DNA of 64,000 nucleotides from a virus: UHGV virus genome UHGV-0133741; one strand, 5' to 3'. Shown piece by piece: positions 53,112 to 63,727 of this stretch (position 1 is its first letter; each line of letters starts with the position of its first letter). The notes under the pieces were generated by a model. It saw only the letters and a program-made list of their open reading frames with translations, ran no database searches and was not told where the DNA came from. The position numbers and the translations under genes were made by a program.

Positions 53112-53289
53112 ATTATCAATTATGGTGCTATCACCTACGACACCGAGAGAAATTTTATAATGTCAAAAGTAAATGTTTTGATTTTTTCAGCAATTGTTGG
53201 CTTTGGTTTTACTGCCGGAGTGCAGATTTATATTGCGTGGGAAAAAATCATCAACTACGCATGGAGTTGTTTTATTAAGTGAGGTAAGT

Positions 53290-53583
53290 ATGTGGAGAGG
53301 TAATAGTCATGGCAAAAGCCAGATGATACTTACCGAATATCAGCTCGACCACAAAACCAATAAATCACGTTCAGTATATTTGCTTCGCCACAATAGCCGC
53401 GTAAGGAATACCGTGCTGGAGCAAAATCTGACCGTTGAAATGGATAATTACGGGGGCTTCAAGCCAACAATATCGCTTGATGATTTTCCTCGTGGTTTAA
53501 GCGAAAGAGAAGCAATGCTGAAATTAGCAGAATGGCTACAAAGATTAAGCATTGCTATTGAAGATAACTGGTCTGAACCTTAA
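53290..53583 (+). CDS. hypothetical protein in AT-rich segment
   Basis: Track ORF 53194-53583; probable start at MWRGNSHGK... Confidence 0.3.
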   Translation: MWRGNSHGKSQMILTEYQLDHKTNKSRSVYLLRHNSRVRNTVLEQNLTVEMDNYGGFKPTISLDDFPRGLSEREAMLKLAEWLQRLSIAIEDNWSEP

Positions 53584-53918
53584 ATTAATATGATGACACT
53601 AAAACATTTTCTTGACCGCACATTATGGGCGGCAGCCGCAGGCTATGACTTTAATTATATGGATTGCATGTCTTATACCGCTAATCCATACGACCATTCG
53701 TTCAGCCTGCTGTTTAATTCTTTAAGAATATTGCCGCAAACAGAAGTTGGATAGCTTCATTTATGGCTATTGGGCTTTATCGCGGCTGTCGTTGGCATTG
53801 CTGTATGGCCTTTTATTTTCTGGCTGGAGACATACCGGAAAAAGTATTTCTTAGGTGATGGAATGACTGATATTGCCAAAATAAACATTGAAAAATGGAC
53901 TAAGGAATGTGAAAAGAA

Positions 53919-54563
53919 ATGGCGGAAATGACCAGAATCACTGAAGAGCGTATATCAGAGATTATTTCCCGTATCGAAATGTATGGTCACGGTGCTGGAC
54001 ATACGGCAGATGAAGTATTGGAAATAGCCCAGCAGATGCTGGCCTTGAGACAAAAAGAGCAACATGAAAGTAATACGTGTAGATTGAATTTTGAGCAGTG
54101 GCTGGAACAGCAACGCGGAAAAATCAATGTGGACTGTGGTTGTGTGTCCACTGAAACATTCATGCACTGGCTGCGGGTAGCCTACGAGGCTGGCAACTAT
54201 CCGGATATTCCGGATAGTTCGGTGCCAACGCCAGGAAAGGGCGTCACCGGTGAACGTATCCGCATTAAGCCGCATGTTTATCGCGAACTGGTTAACCACC
54301 TCCACGATACAGCGATCAAGTGTGCTGGCACCCAGCAATTACGAGAAAAAATTAGCCGTGTTTTGGGCGACGTTATTACGCCAGATCATCATAAACAAGT
54401 CGAGAAAAGTGGCTTGGAAAGATGTCACCTTGAGGCGGCATTAAACATTAAGCCGGGGCATACGCTTGGCATTATTGATGCACTATTGGTTCATAAGATG
54501 GCCAGGGCTTTACTGCCGCTGGTGGCTGATAAGCATGAGGCGGATCATGCCAACGAAAGCTGA
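53919..54563 (+). CDS. hypothetical protein
   Basis: 214-aa ORF. Confidence 0.35.
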   Translation: MAEMTRITEERISEIISRIEMYGHGAGHTADEVLEIAQQMLALRQKEQHESNTCRLNFEQWLEQQRGKINVDCGCVSTETFMHWLRVAYEAGNYPDIPDSSVPTPGKGVTGERIRIKPHVYRELVNHLHDTAIKCAGTQQLREKISRVLGDVITPDHHKQVEKSGLERCHLEAALNIKPGHTLGIIDALLVHKMARALLPLVADKHEADHANES

Positions 54564-54662
54564 ACAACATGTACTCCACATTGGTATAAATATGGATGAT
54601 ACCAATAACATATTGATATAATAGCAATATGTTGCCAGAGTTAGAAATAAGGAGGATAATCA

Positions 54663-55091
54663 ATGGCAAAACAATTTTGTGTGTTCATTATTGCAATATT
54701 ACTAATTGCTTGTGACTCTAAAACAGTCGTGCACACAGACTACAATATAAATTTATGCAAGAATCTAACTTTTAACGCGGTTTATAAAGCGGCTGAAAAA
54801 AATCATAAACTGGCTGGTTTTAATTCAAATATGAGGGATGCAGTGCTTGCCGTTGCTGGGGATGTTTGCGCACAAACCATAGAGAATACTCTTTATGAAC
54901 CGGAAAAATACATTTTTATTCGCGAAAAAGATAAATACGTTCATGAAAAAGCAGATAATGGCAGTTTGTTAAAAGTGACGGAGGAGTTGCCTGCTGTAAT
55001 TGATTTGGCCAAAACATATGGCAATATGTTGGCGTTAAAAAACAAGGATGATGCGCGGATATTTGCTGAAAAGGCTAATAAGATACCTTGA
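54663..55091 (+). CDS. lipoprotein (moron-like, AT-rich)
   Basis: 142 aa; signal peptide with lipobox LIAC; own AGGAGG Shine-Dalgarno and a TATAAT-like box upstream; terminator downstream. Confidence 0.5.
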   Translation: MAKQFCVFIIAILLIACDSKTVVHTDYNINLCKNLTFNAVYKAAEKNHKLAGFNSNMRDAVLAVAGDVCAQTIENTLYEPEKYIFIREKDKYVHEKADNGSLLKVTEELPAVIDLAKTYGNMLALKNKDDARIFAEKANKIP

Positions 55092-55177
55092 GAGGTTGAT
55101 GCAGAGAGTCTTTCATACCTCATAAACGGCATATTTGCGAAATGTATGTGTGTTCAGATTGGTGTCAGACTTTTATG

Positions 55178-55212
55178 CTAAAATCCCCTCTGTAAACTGA
55201 GGGGATTTTTGT
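55178..55212 (+). terminator. rho-independent terminator
   Basis: AAAATCCCCTCTGTAAACTGAGGGGATTTTT. Confidence 0.45.
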
Positions 55213-55481
55213 ATATGTTGCATAGAGTTTTATGGAAAAGCGTTATTGTTGGCGCGATGTTGGCAGTGTCTGGATGTGCGATGGTGCAATACAATGACGG
55301 CGAAAAGGTTAGCATCCAGTCAGATGGTTGGTATGGCCTGGATAGCCTGCAAAAAACCGCAGATAAAGCCTGTCAGCAATATGGGAAGTCTAAAGCTGTA
55401 TATCAGCATAGCGCGAACGCTAATCCCCATCTCGCTCCCGGTTCGGGGGTTCAGAATACCATCTGGAAATGTGAGCTTTAA
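55209..55481 (+). CDS. small lipoprotein
   Basis: 90 aa; lipobox AVSGC. Confidence 0.4.
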   Translation: MYMLHRVLWKSVIVGAMLAVSGCAMVQYNDGEKVSIQSDGWYGLDSLQKTADKACQQYGKSKAVYQHSANANPHLAPGSGVQNTIWKCEL

Positions 55482-55499
55482 ACATGAGCAACTGCAATA

Positions 55500-56054
55500 T
55501 TGCAGCTAAAAGCCAGGAAGAATGGAATTATGACAAAATTTGGAAAGCTGGAAGCTCATTTGCTAACTCGTAACTACCGCCATGATATACATCCATATAG
55601 ACAGTGGATCGATGAAAGTGAAGGAGTAGTTACATTCCCTCTATACAGGTTTGATGGGATGTTGGCTGGGTATCAGACATATAGACCAGGTGCTCCTAAG
55701 CAGCATAGCAATCCGAAGATGGCCCGGTATTTCACGCGATCACACGGCAGACAGTTACTTTGGGGAACCTATCTTCCTTTAAAAGATGGCCCAATATGGA
55801 TAACTGAGTCTATTTTTAAGAGCGCAGCTGTACACAACGCGGGCGGCAATTCGTGGGCGCTGTTAGGTTCGACTTTCTCAGCAGGATTACGTCGTCAACT
55901 TGCGATGCTGCCGTATGACTTTCGTGTAATAGGTGACAATGATGCGGCTGGTGATTCACTTGTGAAGTCTTTCGGAAAAGGTTTTGTGGCCCCGGATCTT
56001 GACGAGCTACAACCACATGAAGTGTCTCATTTGATTTTTAGCCATAGCCAATAA
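55500..56054 (+). CDS. Toprim-like domain protein
   Basis: 184 aa; ...IWITESIFKSAAV...ALLGSTFSA...FRVIGDNDAAGDSL... matches the Toprim E...DxD pattern. Confidence 0.4.
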   Translation: MQLKARKNGIMTKFGKLEAHLLTRNYRHDIHPYRQWIDESEGVVTFPLYRFDGMLAGYQTYRPGAPKQHSNPKMARYFTRSHGRQLLWGTYLPLKDGPIWITESIFKSAAVHNAGGNSWALLGSTFSAGLRRQLAMLPYDFRVIGDNDAAGDSLVKSFGKGFVAPDLDELQPHEVSHLIFSHSQ

Positions 56055-56132
56055 GCATCTCTCCCCTTTAAGGCCACAATTAGTGGCCTTAAATAATGTG
56101 TTTTCTACCTCGATTTAGCCTCTATTATCGTT

Positions 56133-56465
56133 TTGCATTTCTCTAATCCGGTCCAGAATAACTTCATGCGGGCGGCAGACAGCCATCACCGTGAGGGAAT
56201 ATTGCAGGGTGCTTTGCTGGTGGTTGATTCTTCGCTTACTCCAGTTGATGGTTCGCTGCTTGTGTGCGCTATGGAGGGTGAATATCGCATAAAGAGATAC
56301 CGAAAGTACCCGCGCCAGCACCTGGAGGATTTAAGCACCGGGAAGAAAGAGGCGTTACCAGTAGATGACGATGGTTACACGGGTAGTAATGCTGTTTTTG
56401 GTGTGATCACTCATGTCATCAATGATGCCCGAAGTGAGGAGTTTGATGATTGTCCGGTCATTTAA
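56133..56465 (+). CDS. humD: UmuD'-like protein
   Basis: 110 aa; S24 peptidase-like C-terminal fold (...LLVVDSSLTPVDGSLLVCAMEGEYRIKRY...VFGVITHVI); position immediately upstream of phd-doc. Confidence 0.7.
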   Translation: MHFSNPVQNNFMRAADSHHREGILQGALLVVDSSLTPVDGSLLVCAMEGEYRIKRYRKYPRQHLEDLSTGKKEALPVDDDGYTGSNAVFGVITHVINDARSEEFDDCPVI

Positions 56466-56537
56466 GCTGCAAAGTGCTGGTGCTTTATGCCTGTGAAGTT
56501 TATAATTGTGTACACATAACGAGTACACGAGGTGTTT

Positions 56538-56759
56538 ATGCAATCCATTAACTTCCGTACCGCGCGCGGCAACCTTTCTGAAGTGCTCAACAATGTTGAA
56601 GCCGGGGAAGAGGTTGAAATCACCCGCAGAGGCCGTGAGTCAGCAGTAATTGTCAGCAAGGCTACTTTCGAAGCCTACAAAAAAGCGGCGCTGGATGCTG
56701 AATTTGCATCCCTGTTTGACACCCTGGACTCCACCAACAAGGAACTGGTTAACCGATAA
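56538..56759 (+). CDS. phd: Phd antitoxin
   Basis: [73 protein letters not shown]; near-identical to P1 Phd as I recall it. Confidence 0.9.
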   Translation: MQSINFRTARGNLSEVLNNVEAGEEVEITRRGRESAVIVSKATFEAYKKAALDAEFASLFDTLDSTNKELVNR

Positions 56760-57139
56760 TGAGGCATATATCACCGGAAGAACTTATTGCGCTTCATGAT
56801 GCGAATATAAACCGCTACGGCGGCCTGCCGGGAATGTCAGATCCGGGTAGGGCAGAGGCCATTATCGGGAGAGTTCAGGCCAGAGTTGCCTACGAAGAGA
56901 TCACCGACCTTTTCGAAGTCTCCGCCACCTACCTGGTGGCTACAGCGAGAGGGCATATATTCAATGATGCCAATAAGCGTACCGCGCTAAACAGTGCGCT
57001 GCTATTTCTACGCCGTAACGGGGTGCAGGTATTTGATTCACCTGAACTGGCAGACCTTACTGTAGGCGCTGCGACTGGCGAGATATCTGTATCTTCTGTC
57101 GCCGACACGTTACGTAGATTGTATGGTTCTGCGGAGTAG
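56759..57139 (+). CDS. doc: Doc toxin (Fic-fold kinase)
   Basis: 126 aa; Fic-like motif [13 protein letters not shown]; start overlaps the phd stop. Confidence 0.9.
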   Translation: MRHISPEELIALHDANINRYGGLPGMSDPGRAEAIIGRVQARVAYEEITDLFEVSATYLVATARGHIFNDANKRTALNSALLFLRRNGVQVFDSPELADLTVGAATGEISVSSVADTLRRLYGSAE

Positions 57140-57323
57140 ATTAATGGCACGCAAATACAACAAATTGTCCCGTGAAGCGTTAAAGATGCTTCTTGATGGC
57201 GTGAGTCGCCGCAAGGTAAAGCAATACCTGGTTGGTAAGCAAATTGGAATCAGGACCGCTATTGCTGTGTTATGCCGTCAGGAAATGGTTGCGCTTAAAC
57301 AGAGAATGCCGGGCAGCAGATAA
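57123..57323 (+). CDS. pdcA: small protein downstream of doc
   Basis: 66-aa ORF; symbol by position. Confidence 0.45.
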   Translation: MVLRSRLMARKYNKLSREALKMLLDGVSRRKVKQYLVGKQIGIRTAIAVLCRQEMVALKQRMPGSR

Positions 57324-57350
57324 AGCCCAATCAGTGATGAAAGGTGTGAT

Positions 57351-58394
57351 GTGAAAGCCGTAATTACTCCCTTTGTACAGAAAGAGCTTGGCCTCGCCAC
57401 GTTCAAAGTGGATCAGGAGGTCAGAAAGCTGGTGGAGGCTGGCCGTAAATTTATTATGGAGCCGGTGCCGCGTGAGTTAATCGAGCACATGGAAGACGGC
57501 CTCGTTGTTACCGAGCAAACCATGGCTACAAATGAGGCGTTGCAGCCGTTTTTTAACAGCGATGAACTGTTTCGCCGTATTGGTGGAATTGACGCGCTGG
57601 TGGCGTGGTTGCGTAGGAAAGAGGGTCAATGCCAGGCCGCAGATCGTAGTTGGTGTGACAACCATATTGTCCACGCTGAACGAGACAATAGCGCGGTGTT
57701 GTTGTGCTGGCATCACGATAACCATTATCGGATGCGTGGTTTTAATGAGCTGAAAGAAACGCTGCACAATAATCGCGTTAACTGGATACTGGATGTCGCC
57801 CGTCAGGAAATGGGCCTTTCAAATAGCCATGATTTAAGTATTCAGGAGCTGTGCTGGTGGGCTTTCATGCGCAACATGATGCACCTGATGCCGGAAGAAG
57901 TCTGCCGCATATCAATAAATAAGATGAAGGCTACTCCGCAGGATAGCGGACCTCTGAAAGAGGCGGATATTCGCCCGTATGACGATCGTGCTACAGCATA
58001 TGTTCAGATGATGGAAGAACGCGCCGCGCCGATGCGTACAAAAGTATGCCCTGTGGATGTTGACTCCGACCCAGGTATGGCGCATTTCAAAATACCAAAA
58101 CTTCAATCGCTAAAATTGCCCGAGTACATGGACTTTGTGGCTTCCCGTCCATGCTGTGGCTGTGGAGCTGCGGGAGCTGGCGCTCACATTACGCCTTATA
58201 TCGTTCGTCATAGTCGATTATGCGCGCATGACATTTATGCTATTCCTCTTTGCCAGTCATGCCAGCGTGATATTGAGCGTGACCGCGATAATTGGGAGAA
58301 GACGCACGGTAGGCTGGCGATGCATCAACGATTGTTCTTTGATTACGCGCTTGGAGTCGGCGCTATCACAAGTCACTCGTCGAGCGTTAGATAA
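57351..58394 (+). CDS. pdcB: Cys-rich protein downstream of doc
   Basis: 347-aa ORF; C-terminal Cys cluster (CCGCG...CQSCQ); symbol by position. Confidence 0.45.
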   Translation: MKAVITPFVQKELGLATFKVDQEVRKLVEAGRKFIMEPVPRELIEHMEDGLVVTEQTMATNEALQPFFNSDELFRRIGGIDALVAWLRRKEGQCQAADRSWCDNHIVHAERDNSAVLLCWHHDNHYRMRGFNELKETLHNNRVNWILDVARQEMGLSNSHDLSIQELCWWAFMRNMMHLMPEEVCRISINKMKATPQDSGPLKEADIRPYDDRATAYVQMMEERAAPMRTKVCPVDVDSDPGMAHFKIPKLQSLKLPEYMDFVASRPCCGCGAAGAGAHITPYIVRHSRLCAHDIYAIPLCQSCQRDIERDRDNWEKTHGRLAMHQRLFFDYALGVGAITSHSSSVR

Positions 58395-58395
58395 A

Positions 58396-58411
58396 ATTGC
58401 TCTAATGTATT
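58396..58411 (+). promoter_or_regulatory. C1 operator-like site (Op94-like) upstream of lpa
   Basis: ATTGCTCTAATGTATT. Confidence 0.5.
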
Positions 58412-58512
58412 GCTATTTCTTCAATCGATGGTATTATATTCGACGTTGATTAGTTGACATGGGCTAATCAGTAGGTGACAGGATGTTACTTAACTGGCAG
58501 GGACGCCACTTC

Positions 58513-58935
58513 ATGGAAATAAATCACTCACGAATAACATCGTACGAGATTGCGGATTACATGATCCGCACTAAATCTCTTCTATCAGCGAAAGAACTCG
58601 CAGCAATTCTTGAAAAGGAATACCCGCATCTGGATGTCGATAAGCGCGATGTTTATCTGCGCTTAAAGGCTATCGCTGTGTCTAAGTATTCGTCTGTTTT
58701 GATTGATGACAGTACACGTCCACGTAGATTTCAGATCCACTCTCTGAATCCTGAATTCTTTCGCCGCAGCCGCGCTCCGCGCCGGTTTGATGAAAAACTC
58801 CAGAACGAACTCTATATGACGCAGGACGAAAAGGAACGTCGGGAGCACCAGCCTTGGGTAATGGCGCGTCAACTTTTCAATAAGGTGGCCCGTCAGCACC
58901 GTCATTACGGTAATGCCACATCCGCACGTATCTGA
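58513..58935 (+). CDS. lpa: late promoter activator Lpa
   Basis: Track ORF 58483-58935; position between a C1 operator and pacA; assignment by synteny. Confidence 0.5.
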   Translation: MEINHSRITSYEIADYMIRTKSLLSAKELAAILEKEYPHLDVDKRDVYLRLKAIAVSKYSSVLIDDSTRPRRFQIHSLNPEFFRRSRAPRRFDEKLQNELYMTQDEKERREHQPWVMARQLFNKVARQHRHYGNATSARI

Positions 58936-59020
58936 TTGATTGCTTGCCCGTTCCGGGCCTTTTGACATGTGACTTTCGTTACCCTCGCGTCAAAAAGAGT
59001 TTTTACGAAAGGAAGCATAA

Positions 59021-60214
59021 GTGACCTGGGACGATCACAAGAAGAATTTTGCTCGCCTGGCGCGAGATGGTGGTTACACCATCGCACAGTATGCCGCCGA
59101 GTTTAATCTTAACCCTAATACTGCACGTCGTTATCTCCGTGCCTTCAAAGAAGACACCAGGACAGCGGACAGCCGCAAGCCAAATAAGCCAGTCAGGAAG
59201 CCACTAAAAAGCATGATCATTGATCACTCTAATGATCAACATGCAGGTGATCACATTGCGGCTGAAATAGCGGAAAAACAAAGGGTTAATGCCGTTGTCA
59301 GTGCCGCAGTCGAGAATGCGAAGCGCCAAAATAAGCGCATAAATGATCGTTCAGATGATCATGACGTGATCACCCGCGCCCACCGGACCTTACGTGATCG
59401 CCTGGAACGCGACACCCTGGATGATGATGGTGAACGCTTTGAATTCGAAGCTGGCGATTACCTGATAGATAACGTTGAAGCGCGGAAGGCCGCGCGCGCT
59501 ATGTTGCGTCGTTCCGGAGCTGATGTTCTGGAAACCACTCTTCTGGAAAAGTCTCTTTCTCATCTCCTTATGCTGGAGAACGCCAGGGATACGTGTATTC
59601 GCCTGGTGCAGGAAATGCGCGATCAGCAAAAAGGCGATGATGAAGGTACTCCACCTGAATACCGTATCGCGAGCATGCTAAACAGCTGTTCCGCGCAGAT
59701 AAGCAGCCTGATCAACACCATTTACAGCATCCGGAATAACTATCGAAAAGAAAGCCGGGAGGCGGAAAAGCACGCTTTGTCTATGGGGCAAGCTGGCATT
59801 GTTAAACTGGCATACGAACGAAAGCGTGAAAATAACTGGTCAGTGCTGGAAGCAGCTGAATTCATCGAGGCGCATGGCGGGAAAGTGCCGCCCCTGATGC
59901 TGGAGCAAATCAAAGCCGATCTGCGTGCTCCTAAGACCAATACCGATGATGAGGAAAGGCAAACAGCCGTCGGTGGCCCTTCTCTTGAAGATCTGGACAA
60001 AGTTGCGCGAGAACGGGCCGCCAACCGCCGCGTCGATGCCGCATTGTGGATTGAGCAGCGTAGGGAAGAAATCGCCGATATCGTTGATACAGGCGGTTAT
60101 GGAGATGTTGATACTGAAGGTGTATCAAACGACCCATGGCTGGAACAAGACCTGGACGAAGACGAGGAGGAAGACGAAGAAGTTACCCGCAAGCTATACG
60201 GGGATGATGATTAA
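59021..60214 (+). CDS. pacA: terminase small (pac-recognition) subunit
   Basis: 397 aa, GTG start; contains the pac site; acidic C-terminus. Confidence 0.85.
   Translation: MTWDDHKKNFARLARDGGYTIAQYAAEFNLNPNTARRYLRAFKEDTRTADSRKPNKPVRKPLKSMIIDHSNDQHAGDHIAAEIAEKQRVNAVVSAAVENAKRQNKRINDRSDDHDVITRAHRTLRDRLERDTLDDDGERFEFEAGDYLIDNVEARKAARAMLRRSGADVLETTLLEKSLSHLLMLENARDTCIRLVQEMRDQQKGDDEGTPPEYRIASMLNSCSAQISSLINTIYSIRNNYRKESREAEKHALSMGQAGIVKLAYERKRENNWSVLEAAEFIEAHGGKVPPLMLEQIKADLRAPKTNTDDEERQTAVGGPSLEDLDKVARERAANRRVDAALWIEQRREEIADIVDTGGYGDVDTEGVSNDPWLEQDLDEDEEEDEEVTRKLYGDDD
59214..59372. other. pac: pac packaging site inside pacA
   Basis: Four TGATCA hexamers (59214-59253) and three TGATC(A/G) hexamers (59344-59372) flanking a ~90-bp cleavage region; each holds a Dam GATC site. 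Confidence 0.7.
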
Positions 60215-61698
60215 TGGCCAGAAGTTGCGTAACGGATCCACGTTGGCGCGAGCTGGTGGCGCTATATCGTTATGACTGGATTGCGGCCGCTGATGTTTTG
60301 TTCGGCAAAACACCTACCTGGCAGCAGGATCTGATTATTGAGTCTGTGCAGGAACAGGGTAGCAAGACATCTGTTTCGTCTGGTCACGGTACCGGGAAAT
60401 CAGACATGACTTCTATCATGATCATGTTGTTCATAATCATGTATCCCGGTGCCCGAGCCATTATCGTTGCGAACAAAATTCAGCAGGTAATGACCGGTAT
60501 ATTCAAGTACATCAAGATAAACTGGGCTACTGCCACCAGCCGTTTTCCATGGCTTGCTGATTATTTTGTTCTGACAGAAACCGCTTTCTATGAGGTTACT
60601 GGTAAAGGTGTATGGACTGTAGTACCGAAGGGCTTTCGTCTGGGAAGTGAAGAAGCTCTCGCCGGTGAACACGCAGATCATCTTCTGTATATTATCGATG
60701 AAGCCTCCGGTGTCAGTGATAGAGCTTTCGGTATCATCACCGGTGCTCTTACCGGACAGGATAACCGCATCTTATTGCTGTCACAGCCTACACGCCTAAG
60801 CGGCTATTTCTACGATACACACCATAAACTGGCCAAGCGTCCTGGTAACCCTGATGGCGTTTATACGGCGATCACGCTTAACAGTGAGGAATCACCGTTG
60901 GTAACGCCAGCATTTATCAAAATGAAGCTGGCGGAGTACGGCGGGCGTGATAACCCTATGTACATGATTAAGGTACGCGGCCTATTCCCTAAATCACAGG
61001 ATGGCTTCCTTCTTGGACGTGATGAGGTTGAACGTGCAACGCGGCGGAAAGTCAAGATTGCAAAAGGATGGGGCTGGCTTGCATGTGTGGACGTTGCTGG
61101 TGGTACGGGACGGGATAAGTCCGTTATCAATATTATGATGGTGTCCGGCCAGCGAAATAAACGCCGTGTAATCAACTATCGAATGCTGGAATACACAGAC
61201 GTTACAGAAACGCAGCTTGCCGCCAAAATTTTCGCAGAATGTAATCCTGAGCGATTCCCAAATATCACCATAGCGATAGACGGCGATGGCCTGGGTAAAG
61301 CAACGGCGGATCTGATGTACGAGTATTATGGTATTACCGTACAGCGTATACGCTGGGGTAAAAAGATGCATAGCCGTGAAGATAAGAGCCTGTACTTTGA
61401 TAAACGTGCTTATGCCAACGTTCAAGCCGCAGAGGCCGTAAAATCTGGTCGTATGAGACTGGATAAGGGTAATGAAACTATTGAGGAAGCGTCGAAAATC
61501 CCTGTAGGGATTAACTCCGCAGGTCAATGGAAGGTGATGAGTAAGGAGGATATGAAGAAAAAACTCAACCTGCACTCACCAGACCATTGGGATACATATT
61601 GTTTCGCTATGCTGGCGGATTATGTTCCCCAGGATGAAGTGCTTAGCGTCGAAGACGAAGCGCAGGTTGATGAAGCTCTGGCATGGCTTAATGAATAA
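60214..61698 (+). CDS. pacB: terminase large subunit
   Basis: 494 aa; start overlaps the pacA stop. Confidence 0.8.
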   Translation: MARSCVTDPRWRELVALYRYDWIAAADVLFGKTPTWQQDLIIESVQEQGSKTSVSSGHGTGKSDMTSIMIMLFIIMYPGARAIIVANKIQQVMTGIFKYIKINWATATSRFPWLADYFVLTETAFYEVTGKGVWTVVPKGFRLGSEEALAGEHADHLLYIIDEASGVSDRAFGIITGALTGQDNRILLLSQPTRLSGYFYDTHHKLAKRPGNPDGVYTAITLNSEESPLVTPAFIKMKLAEYGGRDNPMYMIKVRGLFPKSQDGFLLGRDEVERATRRKVKIAKGWGWLACVDVAGGTGRDKSVINIMMVSGQRNKRRVINYRMLEYTDVTETQLAAKIFAECNPERFPNITIAIDGDGLGKATADLMYEYYGITVQRIRWGKKMHSREDKSLYFDKRAYANVQAAEAVKSGRMRLDKGNETIEEASKIPVGINSAGQWKVMSKEDMKKKLNLHSPDHWDTYCFAMLADYVPQDEVLSVEDEAQVDEALAWLNE

Positions 61699-61722
61699 CT
61701 CATTGACCATGCCGGATAGAAA

Positions 61723-62574
61723 CTATTGCGCGCTTTCGGGGTTGTCGTTTACTGGCTGCCCCTTCTTAGTTTTACGGCTGCGCGTAACTGATGCGGCTGA
61801 TTTGACCTTTTTCTCTTCGCGAGTGATGGCAATTTGTTTTTTTACATTTTCAATATCTGCCAGGCGATATATTTTTGCCTGCGGCCAGCGGTCGCAGATG
61901 ATCGGTTCTATAGAGTCATAAAGGCTAAATTTTGCTTTCTCGAATTCACCGTTGATGATGATTCCATCACGGAGAGTTTCATCGCAGATAAACACACCAC
62001 ACAGCGGCACATGGTAACTAACTGATTTACCATCATTGTAGTTAGGGCTACTGGAAATGTAATGGACGCGCAGCATTGTTTCGCTAAAGCCGTGTACACG
62101 CATACGGAATTTTTCATCCTCCGGGTACTGCTTCATTAGCTCTTTTGTTGCTTCCAGGTTCTCTATGTATTTCGCACTGTGCTCATTGATCCCCGCGCTT
62201 TTCTGGATGCGAATGTCCTTATCAATCAGATGAATAATGCGGCCAGCGGTCATGTTGACGCTGTTCACAGCTTCTGTCTGATAAGTTGTAACCTTACGCA
62301 CACCGCGAAGGATATTAGGCACTGGATATAAAATAGTCTTTGGGATATTGAGGTCTGGGTACTGTTCCAGTTCCCGCGCCATTAAAGCCCATTTATCAAT
62401 TTCAGCCTGAATGCTGTCCGTTTCTTTGAACGGCAGAACGACAACCGGGCGAACAGGACGACCGTCGCTGGCGGCATCAACGTGTTGGGCGCGTGCAACA
62501 GCTTTTTTTAGAAAGAGATCCCTGAAGCTGACGAACTCCTGGTACAGTTGTTCGCCGTAGACATAATTTATCAT
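61723..62574 (-). CDS. c1: C1 repressor of lytic functions
   Basis: 283 aa; N-terminus MINYVYGEQLYQEFVSFRDLFLKKAVARAQHV matches P1 C1 as I recall it. Confidence 0.9.
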   Translation of the reverse strand: MINYVYGEQLYQEFVSFRDLFLKKAVARAQHVDAASDGRPVRPVVVLPFKETDSIQAEIDKWALMARELEQYPDLNIPKTILYPVPNILRGVRKVTTYQTEAVNSVNMTAGRIIHLIDKDIRIQKSAGINEHSAKYIENLEATKELMKQYPEDEKFRMRVHGFSETMLRVHYISSSPNYNDGKSVSYHVPLCGVFICDETLRDGIIINGEFEKAKFSLYDSIEPIICDRWPQAKIYRLADIENVKKQIAITREEKKVKSAASVTRSRKTKKGQPVNDNPESAQ

Positions 62575-62669
62575 TGATCCTCCTCCAGAATTGACATGGC
62601 CAACAACTCACAGCGGATTACACTGGGAGTTGTTGGCCACCATTATAGAAGGATCCAACGAAAATAATA

Positions 62670-62686
62670 GATTTATTAGTGCATTT
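62670..62686 (-). promoter_or_regulatory. C1 operator-like site (Op99 cluster)
   Basis: Reverse complement reads AATGCACTAATAAATCT. Confidence 0.45.
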
Positions 62687-62894
62687 ATTGTGAGTCTGGC
62701 TGGTTAGTGGCCATGAGATATTCGATTGTGTCAGTGAGATCATCCAGGTCGTCTTGGGTGATGCGGTACTCCTGATTGGATATCTTTGAGTAGTGTTCAG
62801 CAATGGCGCGGGCAGCGTCGGTTTCGGCGGGGTCTACAGATAAAGCGTTAGAGCAATGCCTAACGTCGTCGATGGTTGGTGGAATGAAAGCCAT
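62685..62894 (-). CDS. coi: Coi (C1 inactivator)
   Basis: 69 aa, upstream of c1 on the same strand. Confidence 0.7.
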   Translation of the reverse strand: MAFIPPTIDDVRHCSNALSVDPAETDAARAIAEHYSKISNQEYRITQDDLDDLTDTIEYLMATNQPDSQ

Positions 62895-63136
62895 AATTAT
62901 GCCTCACTGTATTGACAACACAGAGCCTGAAGCTCTGACCTACTGTTTCACCCATGATCCATGCTGGGGTAATCTAACAACATTGCGCTGTGTGTAAGAT
63001 GAGCAATGCATAGCTGTAATGCCGTTGTATAAGGTTTCCCTGTTTGCTCATTTCCTTCTGAGCCGCTCTACAACGCTGAAGACACATTAAATAGTGAATC
63101 CAAAGTTGTATTACGAAACGGCGGAAAAACTATAAT

Positions 63137-63232
63137 TTATTAGAGCAATTGTCAAACAACTATGAAAAACAATCCAGTTTTTGGCTGGTGGAGTGGGATT
63201 TTTCTCTCAAAATTTATTGCTCTAATAATTCT
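63137..63232. promoter_or_regulatory. C1 operator-like sites (Op99 cluster) upstream of the immC operon
   Basis: ATTTATTAGAGCAAT at 63137-63153 (reverse orientation) and TTGCTCTAATAATTC at approx 63216-63232. Confidence 0.5.
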
Positions 63233-63275
63233 TGATTTTTATGCACAGCTGGACGTAAACTCCTCTTCGGACCTA

Positions 63276-63309
63276 ATAACTTCGTATAGCATACATTATA
63301 CGAAGTTAT
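63276..63309. other. loxP: loxP recombination site
   Basis: Exact 34-bp ATAACTTCGTATAGCATACATTATACGAAGTTAT. Confidence 0.97.
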
Positions 63310-63498
63310 CTTAAGGGTTATTGAACATGATCAATTTACCTGTAAATCCATACAGTTCAATACCTTATCAGGTCAAATAGTGATCACTTGATCATTTGAT
63401 CAAGGTTGCGCTACGTAAAATCTGCGAAATGTTGGCAGTGTTAGTGCTCCAGATTTCGCGTAGCGCACTTAGCACCACCAATCAATCAGAGGTGAAAA

Positions 63499-63720
63499 AT
63501 GGGATATTCAGCTGCTAAAGTGTCCACTCATCTTGAGCTTGAGAAAAATCGTGGTTACTGGCGGGCAAAAGGGTTTGATCGTGATAGTTGCCAACTGTCA
63601 TTATCGCGCGGTGAAGAAAAGATAGAACGCACGCGCGGTCGCTGGCGTTTCTATGACGAGAACCATAAACAGGTAAAGGCAGAGCCGATCCTGTACACTT
63701 TACTTAAAACCATTATCTGA
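63499..63720 (+). CDS. cra: small protein between loxP and cre
   Basis: 73-aa ORF immediately upstream of cre; symbol by position. The region 63330-63400 upstream holds a cluster of GATC sites. Confidence 0.45.
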   Translation: MGYSAAKVSTHLELEKNRGYWRAKGFDRDSCQLSLSRGEEKIERTRGRWRFYDENHKQVKAEPILYTLLKTII

Positions 63721-63727
63721 GTGTTAA

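Noticed and set aside
62900-63130. imcA/imcB small genes upstream of coi
   Set aside because: Expected here by synteny, but the short minus-strand frames could not be delimited confidently by eye, so no coordinates are asserted.
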